In this document: one piece after another, positions 28,132 through 39,660 of the stretch
Layout: every line of letters starts with the position of its first letter
Numbering within the stretch: the stretch's first letter is position 1
Source: an uncultured Bacilli bacterium
Lineage (GTDB): Bacteria; Bacillota_I; Bacilli_A; RF39; UBA660
NCBI GenBank assembly: GCA_944358775.1
Contig: CALVRU010000004.1
Coordinates: 1-59,664, forward strand
Direction: 5' to 3'
Length of the DNA stretch: 59,664 bases
Program-made: the position numbers and the translations under genes
The notes under the pieces: model-generated
Seen by the model: only the letters and a program-made list of their open reading frames with translations
Databases searched by the model: none
What the model was told of the DNA's origin: nothing

Positions 28132-30522
28132 ATGGGCGTGATTACATTGCAAAAACCAGTTTTATATATAATGCCAAGAGAGCAACAACAAGCTTTTCTT
28201 TCTCATATGAAGGACAATTTCGAACCTTGCCAGTTGATGAGTTTAGAAGAATTTCGTAAGCATTTTTATTTTGATTATGATGAACAAAGCGTTTATGCAT
28301 TGTGTCAGGAATATCAATTAAAACCTTCGCTTGCGAAAATGTACCTCAATCAATTTTATTATATGGATCATTGTAATTTTTCAAACGAAAAGATTGCGGA
28401 TTTAAAACAAAAAAAGACGTTTATTGAAAATCAAAACTTACTAAAACGGGATGAGTTTTTTCGGGTATACCTAAAAAAATATCGGATTATCGTAAAAGGA
28501 TATGACCCATTGGATGAGTTTGATTTGACTATGTTTCAAGAGATCTCCGCTTATACCGAAGTAACGATAGTTCCGTGTACGATTCGAAATAAAGAATATG
28601 TTGTTCATACGTTTTCTCATATTGCGCAAGAAGTCTCTTATATTGCCGAACAAATACTAGTATTATATCAACAGAAAGTTCCGTTTTCGAAAATTCATTT
28701 AGCAAATGTGAAAGAAGAATATTACGAGACACTTACTCGTATCTTTCAACTTTATCATATTCCTATTGCCCCCCTTGAAAAAGAATCGCTTTTAGGAACT
28801 TATTGTGGCAAAATGTTGCTTTCTTACTTAAAGGAATGCGATCATTTATCAGAACTTGTGACTATGTTACAAGAAAAGATAAAAGATAGTGGTTCTTTTG
28901 ACTTAGTGATATCGATATTGAATCGATACTATTGGTATCAAGGACCGTGTGAACATTTGCTTCCGATGATTTTAGAAGATTTAAAAACGACATATTTACC
29001 GATCGTTCATCATCAAGACGAAGTAAAAATAAGTTCTATTTTTGGGTCATTTGACGAAGACGAATATGTTTTCGTATTGGGACTACGAGATGGGGCAATT
29101 CCACAAGTATATCAAGACACCGATTTTCTAAATGATAAAGAAAAAGCCCAATTGCATCTTGATATTACCGAAACGAAAAATCAAAAGATGCGTCGCAAAA
29201 CATTGGCAGCTCTTTCGAATTTACCGAACGCTACCTTTAGTTATAGTGCTCAAAGTTCGTTTGAAGAGTTTTCGGTGAGTAATTTGCTAGATGAGATGAA
29301 CGTGAGTTTTCAAGAAGAGGAGTTACCAAGCACGATAAGCTCGAAGATATATTTTGATTTGGAACTGGGCAAACAATTAGATCGTTATTTGAAATATGGA
29401 AAGTTAGAGAGCTCTTTGTCGAAGCTTTATTGGAGTCATCCTTCGATCGCTTATCGGACTTATCAAAATCAATTCACCAAAATATCGAAAGAACACTTAT
29501 TTGCTTATCTCAATCATAAATTAACACTATCTTATTCTAGCTTGGACCAATATTATCGCTGTAAGTTTCGATATTATATTAGCAGTATTTTAAAATTAAA
29601 TATCGAAGAAGAACGTTTCTCTCAAAAGTTGGGAACTTTGTTTCATGCGGTTCTTTCGCAATGCTTTCAACCTGATTTTGATTTTGACTCGGTTTTCACA
29701 GAAGAAATGAAACCGTTTCAATGGGATCAAAAAGAGCACTTTTTCTTAGTAAAATTAAAAGAAGAACTAAAATTTATTATTCAGACTTTATATGAACAGA
29801 AAAGAAAAACAAGCTTTACGGATTCTTTTTATGAAAAACGAATTACTCTCGATCAAAAAAGATCACTTGATATTCGCTTTACGGGGATTATCGACCGGAT
29901 GGATTACCTTTCGGAAAATGGAATTACTTATGTGATGATTGTCGATTATAAAACCGGTCATCCGAATTTGGATTTAGGACTTTGTGAGTATGGGATTGGA
30001 ATGCAATTACCGATTTATCTTTATCTAGTGAAAAAGAGTGGACTATTTGGAACCGTTCGTTTTGCGGGCTTTTATTTACAAAAGATTTTAAACAATGAAC
30101 TTTCGATTGCTCCAGGAAAAAGTTATATCGATTTAAAAAAAGATACGCTTCGCTTAGCTGGATACACTTCGATGGACTATGATGTGATCGAAAAAATCGA
30201 TATTGATTTTCAGGAAAAGAGTTATATTCAAGGCATGAAATTAAGTAAAAATGGCTTTTATCCCTATACCAAGGTTTTAAGTGACGAGAAAATGGAATAT
30301 TATATTTCCCTAGTGAATCGTAAGATCGAAGAAGCGATTCAAAAAATCGAAGCAGCGGATTTTGAAATTGATCCAAAAGTAATCGATATGCAAAATGTCG
30401 GATGTGAATTTTGTCCATATCGCGATTTATGCTATAAGACCCCACGAGATTATATTTATATCGAAACGAAAGGAGGCGAGGAGGATGCCGACATGGACGC
30501 CCGAGCAGCAACAAGCAATTGA
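28132..30522 (+). CDS. addB: AddB-like helicase/nuclease subunit
   Basis: LSYSSLDQYYRCKF, GIIDRMD...VDYKTG, CEFCPYRDLC Fe-S motif; coupled to addA. Confidence 0.88.
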   Translation: MGVITLQKPVLYIMPREQQQAFLSHMKDNFEPCQLMSLEEFRKHFYFDYDEQSVYALCQEYQLKPSLAKMYLNQFYYMDHCNFSNEKIADLKQKKTFIENQNLLKRDEFFRVYLKKYRIIVKGYDPLDEFDLTMFQEISAYTEVTIVPCTIRNKEYVVHTFSHIAQEVSYIAEQILVLYQQKVPFSKIHLANVKEEYYETLTRIFQLYHIPIAPLEKESLLGTYCGKMLLSYLKECDHLSELVTMLQEKIKDSGSFDLVISILNRYYWYQGPCEHLLPMILEDLKTTYLPIVHHQDEVKISSIFGSFDEDEYVFVLGLRDGAIPQVYQDTDFLNDKEKAQLHLDITETKNQKMRRKTLAALSNLPNATFSYSAQSSFEEFSVSNLLDEMNVSFQEEELPSTISSKIYFDLELGKQLDRYLKYGKLESSLSKLYWSHPSIAYRTYQNQFTKISKEHLFAYLNHKLTLSYSSLDQYYRCKFRYYISSILKLNIEEERFSQKLGTLFHAVLSQCFQPDFDFDSVFTEEMKPFQWDQKEHFFLVKLKEELKFIIQTLYEQKRKTSFTDSFYEKRITLDQKRSLDIRFTGIIDRMDYLSENGITYVMIVDYKTGHPNLDLGLCEYGIGMQLPIYLYLVKKSGLFGTVRFAGFYLQKILNNELSIAPGKSYIDLKKDTLRLAGYTSMDYDVIEKIDIDFQEKSYIQGMKLSKNGFYPYTKVLSDEKMEYYISLVNRKIEEAIQKIEAADFEIDPKVIDMQNVGCEFCPYRDLCYKTPRDYIYIETKGGEEDADMDARAATSN

Positions 30523-33500
30523 TCGAGAAGGAACGAATATTATTGTCAGCGCAGGTGCTGGCAGTGGTAAAACAGCAGTGTTGACAGCCCGAGTTTTGCG
30601 CAAATTAAAAGATGGTGTCGATATCGATCGGCTCTTAATTCTAACCTTTACGAAAGCTGCCGCCAAAGAGATGAAAGAGCGGATTCGCCGTGCCATTAAA
30701 AAAGAGCCTTCCTTATCCGCGCAACTATCCAAATTAGATCAGGCGTATATTACCACCTTCGATAGTTATGCATATTCGTTTGTCAAAAAATATCATTATT
30801 TAATCAATGTCTCTGCTTCTTTTGAGATTGGTGAAGCTTCGATCTTCCATCAAGAGGAAGTCGCAATTCTCGATCATCTTTTTATGGAAGAGTACACGAA
30901 GAAGGAAAAAGATTTTCAGCATCTAATGTACACCTTTTTTACAAAAGAGGATCAAGAATTAAAAACAGCTTTATTGGATATGTACCATAAGATCGATTTA
31001 CGTTACGATAAAGAAGAATATCTGAAACATTATTTTGATTTGTTTTATACGGAGAACGTGTTAAAAGATCGGATTACCGAATATTTTAAATTGATTCAAA
31101 AGAAACTTGAGATGTTGTCTAGTATGGGCAATGAACTGGAGCAATTGACAGAAGGTTATGGCGATAAGCTAGCCGAAGTTTTAATTCCTTTGCAAGAAGC
31201 AACCGATTATGACAGTATCCGTAGTCATCTTGATTTTCGCTTTCCAAACTTGCCCAAAGGAAGTAGTGAAGAGGCCAAGTCGAAAAAGAAAGAGATGAGT
31301 GATCTCGTAAAAGAAATCAAACAACTTTGTCGATTTACTTCCCTAGAAGAAATACGAGAGTTATTAGAAAATAGTAAAGAAGATGTCGAATGTCTGTTAC
31401 GTATTTTGCAAAAGTTAGATAAAGAGATCAGCCAATTCAAAGAATTTCATGATCGTTATGAGTTTATCGATATTAGTAAAATGGCCATTCGTATTCTCGA
31501 GACAAGCGAAAGTGTACGTTTGGAAACACGTGATTTTTTCCACGAAATCATGGTCGATGAATATCAAGATACCAATGATTTACAAGAACTTTTTTTAAGT
31601 AAAATCAGTCATTCTAATATTTATATGGTAGGAGATATCAAACAATCCATTTATCGTTTTCGAAATGCGAACCCTTATTTGTTTCAATGGAAATATGATC
31701 ATTATAGTCGTTTCGAAGATGGAATTAAAATCGACCTAAATAAAAATTTCCGGAGTCGTAAGGAAGTACTCGATCCGATTAATGCGATGTTCAATCGGAT
31801 TATGGATCAAACATTAGGGGGCGCAGATTATGCTGATACCCATCAGATGGTTTTTGGCAATCAATTATATGAAACCGTCGGAGCAAATTCTGATAATGAC
31901 CAAGTGGAATTTTATGAATATTGCCAAGCCGAAAATAGTGAGTATTCGAAAGAAGAAATCGAAGCATTTATCATTGCCAATGATATTCAAAAGAAAGTAG
32001 CACACAAGTTCCAAGTGTTCGATAAAGAAGAAAATGTATTACGCCCAATCCAGTATGCTGATTTTGCGATTCTGTTGGATCGATCTACCCAATTTCCACT
32101 CTATAAAAAAATATTTGAATATTTACAAATTCCACTTACCATCGAAAAAGATGAAAGTATTACGAATGAAGTCGATTTATTATTGTTAAAAAATATTTTT
32201 GGTCTTTTACAACAAGAATATAAGAAACAATATGATAACTTGTATCGTTATACCTTTGTTTCTTTGGCCAGAAGTTATTTATATCGCTTGAGTGATGAAG
32301 AAATCTTTCTTTATTTAAAAGAGGAATCTTATCAAAAAGCGCCTTTTTATGACATCGTTCATACCTTAGCGGAAGAAATGGATCATTTCACACCTCATCA
32401 ATTATGGACAAAAGTACTAGAGTTATTCCCGTTTTATGAAAAAATAGTAGCGGTCGGCGAGATAGAAGATCATTTAAATCGCTTCGACTATCTTGGTAAG
32501 TTGATTTTCAATTTACAAGATTTGGGTTATACTTGTCATGATCTCTATTCGTTTTTTGATGAGTTGATCGCTCAAGATCTATCCCTTACTTATGCATCGA
32601 CAAAAGAGAGTAGTGATAGCTGTAAGATTATGACGATTCATAAATCCAAAGGATTAGAGTATCCGATTTGTTATTTTGCTGGTTTGACTGCCAAATTTAA
32701 CTTTGGCGATATTAAAAATCGATTTTTCTATGACAATACATACGGTATTTTAGTCCCGTATTTTAAAGAAGGTGTCGGGGATAGTGTCTTAAAAGAACTT
32801 GTAAAAGAAAAATATCAAGAAGAAGAAATCTCGGAAAAAATACGTCTTTTCTATGTTGCATTGACAAGAGCCAGAGAGAAGATGATATTTGTCTTACCAC
32901 AGACAGAATACTATGACTATGGCTCGACGTTATTATCGCTTTCCGTACGTCGTCGCTATCGTTCTTTTCTCGATATCCTAAAAAGTATTTTAATCCAGTT
33001 TGAAAATCAAATCGTCTCGATTGATTTGAAAGAATTATCTCTTTCGAAAGATTATAATATTTCGAAACAAGTCGATTTACGAAAAACGATTCCAGCATTC
33101 CAGGAACAAGTGGAAATTCGGGAAATTCCTGTTTCTAGTGAAGAGATGCAAAGTTCTAGTTACTCGAAAAAAGTCCGACAATTATTATCGATGGAAGACC
33201 ATAATAAAATCGAATTCGGAAAACGCATGCATCGTATTTTAGAAACGATCGACTTACAAAATCCGAAACTGGATGAATTGACAATTTCGGATTTTGAACG
33301 AAAAAAAGTAGAAGCCTTTTTAAATCAACCGTTACTTGCAAATCGAAACCAAGCAACTATCTATCAAGAACAATCTTTTACAACGATGATCGATAAAGTA
33401 GAATATCATGGAGTGATTGACTTATTACTCGTTTTGGAAGATCGTTGTATCATTGTTGATTATAAATTAAAATATACGGCAGACGAAGCATATCAACGAC

Positions 33501-33616
33501 AGTTACAAGGTTATGCTCAGTTTGTCGAATCGAAATTTCATCGACCGGTAGAAGTCTATCTTTACTCTATTTTAGATGAGGTGATGGAGAAGGAGGAGTT
33601 ATGTATCAAAATTTAA
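30485..33616 (+). CDS. addA: AddA helicase/nuclease subunit
   Basis: AGAGSGKT, DEYQD, GDIKQSIYRFR, TIHKSKGLE, YVALTRA, GVIDLL...DYK. Start at ATG 30485 after GAGGAGG. Confidence 0.93.
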   Translation: MPTWTPEQQQAIDREGTNIIVSAGAGSGKTAVLTARVLRKLKDGVDIDRLLILTFTKAAAKEMKERIRRAIKKEPSLSAQLSKLDQAYITTFDSYAYSFVKKYHYLINVSASFEIGEASIFHQEEVAILDHLFMEEYTKKEKDFQHLMYTFFTKEDQELKTALLDMYHKIDLRYDKEEYLKHYFDLFYTENVLKDRITEYFKLIQKKLEMLSSMGNELEQLTEGYGDKLAEVLIPLQEATDYDSIRSHLDFRFPNLPKGSSEEAKSKKKEMSDLVKEIKQLCRFTSLEEIRELLENSKEDVECLLRILQKLDKEISQFKEFHDRYEFIDISKMAIRILETSESVRLETRDFFHEIMVDEYQDTNDLQELFLSKISHSNIYMVGDIKQSIYRFRNANPYLFQWKYDHYSRFEDGIKIDLNKNFRSRKEVLDPINAMFNRIMDQTLGGADYADTHQMVFGNQLYETVGANSDNDQVEFYEYCQAENSEYSKEEIEAFIIANDIQKKVAHKFQVFDKEENVLRPIQYADFAILLDRSTQFPLYKKIFEYLQIPLTIEKDESITNEVDLLLLKNIFGLLQQEYKKQYDNLYRYTFVSLARSYLYRLSDEEIFLYLKEESYQKAPFYDIVHTLAEEMDHFTPHQLWTKVLELFPFYEKIVAVGEIEDHLNRFDYLGKLIFNLQDLGYTCHDLYSFFDELIAQDLSLTYASTKESSDSCKIMTIHKSKGLEYPICYFAGLTAKFNFGDIKNRFFYDNTYGILVPYFKEGVGDSVLKELVKEKYQEEEISEKIRLFYVALTRAREKMIFVLPQTEYYDYGSTLLSLSVRRRYRSFLDILKSILIQFENQIVSIDLKELSLSKDYNISKQVDLRKTIPAFQEQVEIREIPVSSEEMQSSSYSKKVRQLLSMEDHNKIEFGKRMHRILETIDLQNPKLDELTISDFERKKVEAFLNQPLLANRNQATIYQEQSFTTMIDKVEYHGVIDLLLVLEDRCIIVDYKLKYTADEAYQRQLQGYAQFVESKFHRPVEVYLYSILDEVMEKEELCIKI

Positions 33617-34230
33617 AAGATATGGATGATGCAATTCAACGTACGAGGGAAGTAATGTTAAATCATGAGGGACAATATCAAGAGATCGAGGAAAAAATCC
33701 CTAGTTTACCTAAATTGATGAATCTTACTAAGAAAAATCAAAAACAAGTTCTTACTTTTCTTCCTTATTTGGACCAGGTGATTCAGCTTCCTGTTTACGA
33801 AGTGTCTTTTACAGTGACACTCGCTAGTCTATTAGTAGACGGAAAACTCAATCTCGAGAATTTAACGAAAGAACAATTGTATTTGTTGATCGATATAATG
33901 ATGGATTATCCGAAGGATACGTATCCTTATTTTGTTCGATTATTTAACAACGATGTTTTATCACTTGTTTTGAATAAAGTGCAGACAGAAGCAGAACATG
34001 CAACCGATCGGGAAATGATGGCTGTTTGTTTGGGGCAACGAATAATCGAGGGGGCTGTCCGAATGTTTCGAATTAATTTCGACGATCGAGAAATGGTCAA
34101 AAAATTCCAAGAAGCGCTTGTCCTTTATTATGGTAAAACACCTCTTGAAAAACTACTACAAAATGCTTCGTACTATTCACGCAAAGAAGAAGTTGAGTTG
34201 CAATTAGAAAATGTATTAAAGGAACTTTAA
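33601..34230 (+). CDS. Hypothetical protein
   Basis: 209-aa helical ORF overlapping addA, SD AGGAGG. Confidence 0.75.
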   Translation: MYQNLKDMDDAIQRTREVMLNHEGQYQEIEEKIPSLPKLMNLTKKNQKQVLTFLPYLDQVIQLPVYEVSFTVTLASLLVDGKLNLENLTKEQLYLLIDIMMDYPKDTYPYFVRLFNNDVLSLVLNKVQTEAEHATDREMMAVCLGQRIIEGAVRMFRINFDDREMVKKFQEALVLYYGKTPLEKLLQNASYYSRKEEVELQLENVLKEL

Positions 34231-34231
34231 T

Positions 34232-35104
34232 ATGAAATATCGTTTTAAACGTATTTATATTGAAATTACAAATCGCTGTAATTTATCTTGCTCTTTTTGT
34301 AGTCGTAGTCGCCGTCAAAAAGAAGAAATGGATCCAGTTACTTTCGAAAAAATAATTCAAGAAATTCGACCATATACCAACAATATTTATCTCCATGTCA
34401 AAGGAGAACCATTGTATCATTCCAAATTCGATCACATTTTAAGTATCTGTGATCGCTATCAAATGAGAGTCAATATTACAACTAATGGAACACTGTTAAA
34501 AAAACAGGAACAAGTGTTTTTGATTCATCCTTCGATTACCCATTTGAATATTTCTCTTCATGCCGAACAACATGACCCGAATTATTTTAATAACTTATTT
34601 TCTGTCGTCGATCGACTACCATCGCACATGACGGTTATCTATCGACTCTGGACATTATCTCAAAATAAACTTAGTCCGCGTGGACGAGAAATTTTCGAGG
34701 TATTGAAGGAGCACTATCATCTCGATCACGATGTCATGACATTGTTATTGGAAACGAAAAATATAAAAATAAAAGATGGTATCTATGTCGATAAAGAAAA
34801 TCAATTTGAATGGCCAGAAGTATCAAAATGTACAATCAAAAATGGGTATTGTTATGGTGGCAAAACCCACCTTGCTATTCTAGTCGATGGGACAGTCGTA
34901 CCATGTTGTTTGGATGGAGAAGGAATCATGGCATTAGGAAACTTGAAAGAAATGTCTTTGCAAGAGATATTGCATACAAAACGCTATCGAAATTTGATCG
35001 AAGGCTTTCAAAATCATGTGGCAGTAGAACCACTGTGTCAATCATGCACCTATAAAAACCGATTTTTAAAAACGAAAAGAACAATCGATGATACGAACCG
35101 TTAG
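34232..35104 (+). CDS. Radical SAM protein with SPASM/twitch domain
   Basis: CNLSCSFC (CX3CX2C), GEP, C-terminal C...CC...CxxC. Confidence 0.92.
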   Translation: MKYRFKRIYIEITNRCNLSCSFCSRSRRQKEEMDPVTFEKIIQEIRPYTNNIYLHVKGEPLYHSKFDHILSICDRYQMRVNITTNGTLLKKQEQVFLIHPSITHLNISLHAEQHDPNYFNNLFSVVDRLPSHMTVIYRLWTLSQNKLSPRGREIFEVLKEHYHLDHDVMTLLLETKNIKIKDGIYVDKENQFEWPEVSKCTIKNGYCYGGKTHLAILVDGTVVPCCLDGEGIMALGNLKEMSLQEILHTKRYRNLIEGFQNHVAVEPLCQSCTYKNRFLKTKRTIDDTNR

Positions 35105-35126
35105 ATTGTTCTTTTTTTGGTATTTC

Positions 35127-35155
35127 TTGACAAAACGCCTATTTTGCGATATAAA
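35127..35155 (+). promoter_or_regulatory. SigA promoter of ppaC
   Basis: TTGACA-17 nt-TATAAA. Confidence 0.7.
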
Positions 35156-35189
35156 TTTAAAGTACATTTGAAAAGGCAGTGAGAGATAT

Positions 35190-36812
35190 ATGGATACAAT
35201 TTATATTTTTGGACATCGTAATCCCGATACGGATTCCGTAACGGCAGCAATTTCGCTATCTTATTTAAAAAGTCAATTAGGTTTTAAAACGAAACCAATG
35301 GTATTAGGGAATATTAATCCAGAGACGAGATATGTACTGGATTATTTTCAAGTAAAGGAACCAAAGTATTTGAATAATGTCAGTTTGCAAATTAAAGACG
35401 TCAATTACCATAAAGGATATTATTTAAATGAAAACACTTCGATTTTATCAGCATATCATTATATGTCGGAGAAAGGAATTACAGGTATTCCACTCGTGGA
35501 TGATCATAAAAAGTTGCAAGGACTCGTCACTTTGAAAATGTTAGTAAAACAATTAGTAGAAGGGAATTTCACTCATTTGGACGCATCTTACGATGGAATT
35601 ATGGAAACGATTCAAGGAGAAGAGATTACACGTTTTGATGATACGATTACAGGTGATATTGTCGTTGCATCATTCCGAAGTACCACTTTTTTAAACAATA
35701 TCAGTCTTACCAAAAATAGTATTTTAATTGTCGGAGACCGTCATAGTATTATCGAGTATGCCGTGAATTCCGGAGTTAAGATGGTAATCGTGGTCGGAAA
35801 TGGCGAAATTCATGAAAATCATATTGAAATTGCTCGAAAAAATCATGTTAATATGATTCGGACATCTTTGGATTCCTTTCATGCGGCAAAATTGATCGGT
35901 TTTAGTAATTATGTAAAAAAAGCTGCTTGTGAGAAAGATCCGATTTGTTTCGATGAGACGGAAACATTTGATCAATTTATCGAAATATCGAAAAAATTAC
36001 GTCATAACAATTACCCGGTCGTCGATAAGTCCAATAATTGTTTAGGTCTTATTCGCGTTACGGATATTACGGAGAAAAATAAAAAGAAAGTAATTTTAGT
36101 CGATCATAATGAACTAGAACAGAGTGTCGAGGGTTTAAAAGAAGCGGAAATTTTGGAAATCGTCGATCACCATAAGATCGGAGACTTGACGACTTCGGCA
36201 CCGATTAACTTCCGAAACATGGCAGTAGGTAGTACAAATACGATAATCTATTTCTTATATCAGGAAAATCATATTGCGATTCCCAAAGAAATGGCGGGGA
36301 TGATGATCAGTGGTATTTTATCGGATACCTTAGCGCTTACTGCACCGACAACAACCCAGTTAGATAAAAGTGTCGTCTATGAACTTGCTAAAATTGCCGA
36401 AGTGGATGTCCAAAATTACGCGATGGATATGTTAAAAGCAGGAAGCTCTTTTGAAGGGAAAACAAAAGAAGAAATTTTACAAAATGATTTAAAAGTATTT
36501 CCAATTGCAGATACGAAAGTGGCTGTCAGTCAGGTCTTGACATTTGACATTGCATCATTTTTACAAGAAAAAGAATCGTATCTTCAAGCAATTGAAGAGA
36601 TGCGAACCAGAAATGGTTATGATTCTATGATCATGGTTATTACCGATATCTTGGCACAGGCATCTTACTTGTTTTATACCGAAGAAATGGCTCCTGTTTT
36701 ACAGGAAGGTTTTCATCTAGATGATATTTATGAAGGAGTGTTTGTAGCAGGTTGTGTTTCTCGTAAAAAACAAGTGATTCCAGCCATTGTTACAGTTATG
36801 GAAGAAAAATAG
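35190..36812 (+). CDS. ppaC: Mn-dependent inorganic pyrophosphatase with CBS-DRTGG insert
   Basis: FGHRNPDTDS, VDHNE, DHH, SRKKQV; internal CBS/DRTGG region. Confidence 0.95.
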   Translation: MDTIYIFGHRNPDTDSVTAAISLSYLKSQLGFKTKPMVLGNINPETRYVLDYFQVKEPKYLNNVSLQIKDVNYHKGYYLNENTSILSAYHYMSEKGITGIPLVDDHKKLQGLVTLKMLVKQLVEGNFTHLDASYDGIMETIQGEEITRFDDTITGDIVVASFRSTTFLNNISLTKNSILIVGDRHSIIEYAVNSGVKMVIVVGNGEIHENHIEIARKNHVNMIRTSLDSFHAAKLIGFSNYVKKAACEKDPICFDETETFDQFIEISKKLRHNNYPVVDKSNNCLGLIRVTDITEKNKKKVILVDHNELEQSVEGLKEAEILEIVDHHKIGDLTTSAPINFRNMAVGSTNTIIYFLYQENHIAIPKEMAGMMISGILSDTLALTAPTTTQLDKSVVYELAKIAEVDVQNYAMDMLKAGSSFEGKTKEEILQNDLKVFPIADTKVAVSQVLTFDIASFLQEKESYLQAIEEMRTRNGYDSMIMVITDILAQASYLFYTEEMAPVLQEGFHLDDIYEGVFVAGCVSRKKQVIPAIVTVMEEK

Positions 36813-36890
36813 GACTTAACTTTTCTTGTAAAGTCCTTTTTTTTGTGATAATCTCTATATTAGAAAACTAATATACGGAGGTATCTATTA

Positions 36891-39560
36891 ATGGAATGGT
36901 ATCGAATTTTGAAAGATGATCTATTCGAGAAAACAAATAGTAAAATGACTGGCCTTAGTAGTCAGGAAGCGAAAGAAAGATATTGGAAAGATGGAAAAAA
37001 TGCACTTCCAAAAAAGAAAACGGATAGTCTTTTCAAAATATTCATTCGGCAGATTATGGATCCGATTGTGTTATTGTTAATTGTGACGGTTGTTTTTTCG
37101 TTTTTGATTCATGAAGTAGTAGATGCAATCGCGATTATTTTTATTATTGTGATTGATCTTATTATGGGAACGATTCAAGAATGGAAAGCCGAAAAAAATG
37201 CCGAAGCTCTTGCTAATATGATTCAAGTGAAGACGAAGGTCTTACGTGACGGAGAAGAAATCTTGATCAATGCCGAAGAGCTCGTTGTCGGTGATATCGT
37301 CTTAATTGAATCGGGTGATAAAATAAGTGCGGATCTACGTTTATTAGAAAGCCACAATATTACAGTAAATGAATCGGTTTTAACAGGGGAGAGTTTGAAT
37401 GTTTCCAAAAATGCAGATGATATTCATCAAACACTTCCGTTAGCAGAACGAAAAAACATGTTGTATGCCGGAACGACTGTGGCTACCGGCCGTGGTCGAG
37501 CACTTGTGGTGGCGATCGGTCTGAATACAGAAATTGGAACTATTGCGCATCAAGTAAATACACGAAAAGAAACGAAATCACCACTTACAATTCGGATGGA
37601 AAAATTCTCGCGTCAGATCAGTTTGTTCGTCATTGTGATTGCTATTTTATTAACGATACTTTTAATGTATAAAAATGTCCCAGGAAGTGAAATCTTCTTG
37701 GCCGTAATTGCACTTTCGGTTTCCGCAATGCCGGAAGGACTACCACTCGCTTTGACGATGGCCTTGACGATTGCTTCGAATCGAATGGCCAAAAAGAATG
37801 TCATCGTTAAAAAATTGAATTCGGTCGAAAGTCTCGGTAGTTGTACGGTAATTGCCAGTGATAAAACCGGTACTTTAACTGTGAATGAGCAAACTGCCAA
37901 ACGCATCAAGTTGCCTTTTGGCAAAGAGTTTGAAATTACTGGTACGGGATATAATGATGAGGGAACAATTGTTGGCATCGAAGAAAGCGATAGTGCTCCA
38001 ATTGCGGCGATTGTTCAAGCAGGAGCCCTTAATAATGAGGCCAAAATCGAACAAAAGAAAGGCAAATGGGAATACTTTGGTGATTCGATTGACATTGCAT
38101 TCTTATTTTTAGAAAAGAAACATTCGATCGATTTTTCAAATATCGAAGTATTAGGAATGATTCCATATGAATCGGAAAATAAATATTCAGCAGTATTTTA
38201 CCGCCAGAATAATGAAATTCATTGTGCAGTAAAAGGTTCTTTTGAAAAAGTCGTATCTTTTAGTGATCGAATGAACGCTGGAACGAAGACCACCTCACTT
38301 GATTCTTCTTTGCTAAGTCATCAAAACGAAGAATTGGCTCAAGCCGGATATCGTGTGATTGCAGTTGCCGATGGTATTGTGTCGCAGTTTGAAAAAAAGG
38401 AAAACTATACGGATCAAGATATTCCATCACTTCAATTTTTAGGGTTAGTCGGTTTTATCGATCCGATTCGTAAAGAGGCCAAAGCGTCAGTGGCAGAATG
38501 TCGGGATGCGGGTATCAAAGTAGTGATGATTACGGGTGATCATCCGTTAACGGCCTATAAGATCGCCAAAGAATTAGATCTTGTTCAGAATATGGATGAA
38601 GTGGCAACGGGAATCGAGGTCGATGAACAGTTTCAAAAAGGTTTGGAACATTTTGATGCATTCGTTCGCAGTAAAAAAGTGTTTACCCGGGTAACGCCGA
38701 CCAATAAACTAGAGATTATCGAGTCTTATAAACGCCAAGGAGAATTTGTCGCAGTAACCGGAGATGGCGTAAATGATACTCCGGCGCTTCGTAGTGCCAA
38801 TATCGGAATTGCCATGGGTAGTGGTACCGATGTAGCCAAAGAAACTGCTTCGATGATTGTCGTCGATGATAATTTTAAATCGATTGCCAGTGGCGTAAAA
38901 GAAGGGCGTAATGCGTATAGTAATATTCGTAAAGTAAGTTATATGCTCCTCTCGTGTGGAGTGGCGGAAGTATTATTCTTTGTGCTATCTATTTTATTTG
39001 ATATGCCCATGCCATTAGTTGCAATTCAGCTATTATGGCTTAATATTGTTACAGATGGTCTACAAGATTTTGCGTTATCCTTTGAAAAAGCCGAAACGAC
39101 GATTATGAAAGAACCACCACGCAATCCCAAGGAATCTATTTTTAACAAAGAATTGTTCGGCGAAGTTGCGACCGCCGGAATTACGATCGGCTTGATTGTT
39201 TTTGGCGTATGGACTTACTTAATCCAAGTTGTTCATATGGAAACGGGCTTGGCGCGCGGTTATATTATGGCCCTTATGGTATTTTTACAAAATATTCATG
39301 TATTGAATTGTCGAAGTGAAAAACAATCTACTTTTAAAATATCTTTAAAGAGTAATTGGATGATTTTATTTAGTATTGCATCTTCGATTGTTCTTCAATT
39401 TATCGTAATGGAAGTTTCATTATTTAGTCATTTCTTACAAACAGAAAGTATCCCATTACTTGATTTATTAAAACTATTAGCCCTATCTACAATTATTTTA
39501 GTTGTCATGGAAGTGTATAAGAAAAGAAAGCGGAATCATTTTGCAAAAAAAGGAATGTAA
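36891..39560 (+). CDS. Cation-transporting P-type ATPase (type IIA-like)
   Basis: TGES, PEGL, DKTGTLT, KGS, MITGD, GDGVND. Confidence 0.95.
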   Translation: MEWYRILKDDLFEKTNSKMTGLSSQEAKERYWKDGKNALPKKKTDSLFKIFIRQIMDPIVLLLIVTVVFSFLIHEVVDAIAIIFIIVIDLIMGTIQEWKAEKNAEALANMIQVKTKVLRDGEEILINAEELVVGDIVLIESGDKISADLRLLESHNITVNESVLTGESLNVSKNADDIHQTLPLAERKNMLYAGTTVATGRGRALVVAIGLNTEIGTIAHQVNTRKETKSPLTIRMEKFSRQISLFVIVIAILLTILLMYKNVPGSEIFLAVIALSVSAMPEGLPLALTMALTIASNRMAKKNVIVKKLNSVESLGSCTVIASDKTGTLTVNEQTAKRIKLPFGKEFEITGTGYNDEGTIVGIEESDSAPIAAIVQAGALNNEAKIEQKKGKWEYFGDSIDIAFLFLEKKHSIDFSNIEVLGMIPYESENKYSAVFYRQNNEIHCAVKGSFEKVVSFSDRMNAGTKTTSLDSSLLSHQNEELAQAGYRVIAVADGIVSQFEKKENYTDQDIPSLQFLGLVGFIDPIRKEAKASVAECRDAGIKVVMITGDHPLTAYKIAKELDLVQNMDEVATGIEVDEQFQKGLEHFDAFVRSKKVFTRVTPTNKLEIIESYKRQGEFVAVTGDGVNDTPALRSANIGIAMGSGTDVAKETASMIVVDDNFKSIASGVKEGRNAYSNIRKVSYMLLSCGVAEVLFFVLSILFDMPMPLVAIQLLWLNIVTDGLQDFALSFEKAETTIMKEPPRNPKESIFNKELFGEVATAGITIGLIVFGVWTYLIQVVHMETGLARGYIMALMVFLQNIHVLNCRSEKQSTFKISLKSNWMILFSIASSIVLQFIVMEVSLFSHFLQTESIPLLDLLKLLALSTIILVVMEVYKKRKRNHFAKKGM

Positions 39561-39572
39561 GGTTCCTTTTTT
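39544..39572 (+). terminator. Intrinsic terminator overlapping the ATPase stop codon
   Basis: AAAAAAAGGAA-tgtaagg-TTCCTTTTTTT. Confidence 0.65.
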
Positions 39573-39660
39573 TGTCAACCGTAAAAAAATAGAAAGAATA
39601 CTATTTATTAACAAAACATAATTTGTTATAATGAATTAGTCTAACGGGAGGATCTGTGAT

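Noticed and set aside
28132-29200. AddB N-terminus without a clear Walker A motif
   Set aside because: The AddB helicase domain is normally inactive and divergent; the nuclease and Fe-S motifs are intact.
29924-30514. 196-aa minus-strand ORF
   Set aside because: Antisense to the addB nuclease domain; atypical composition and no RBS.
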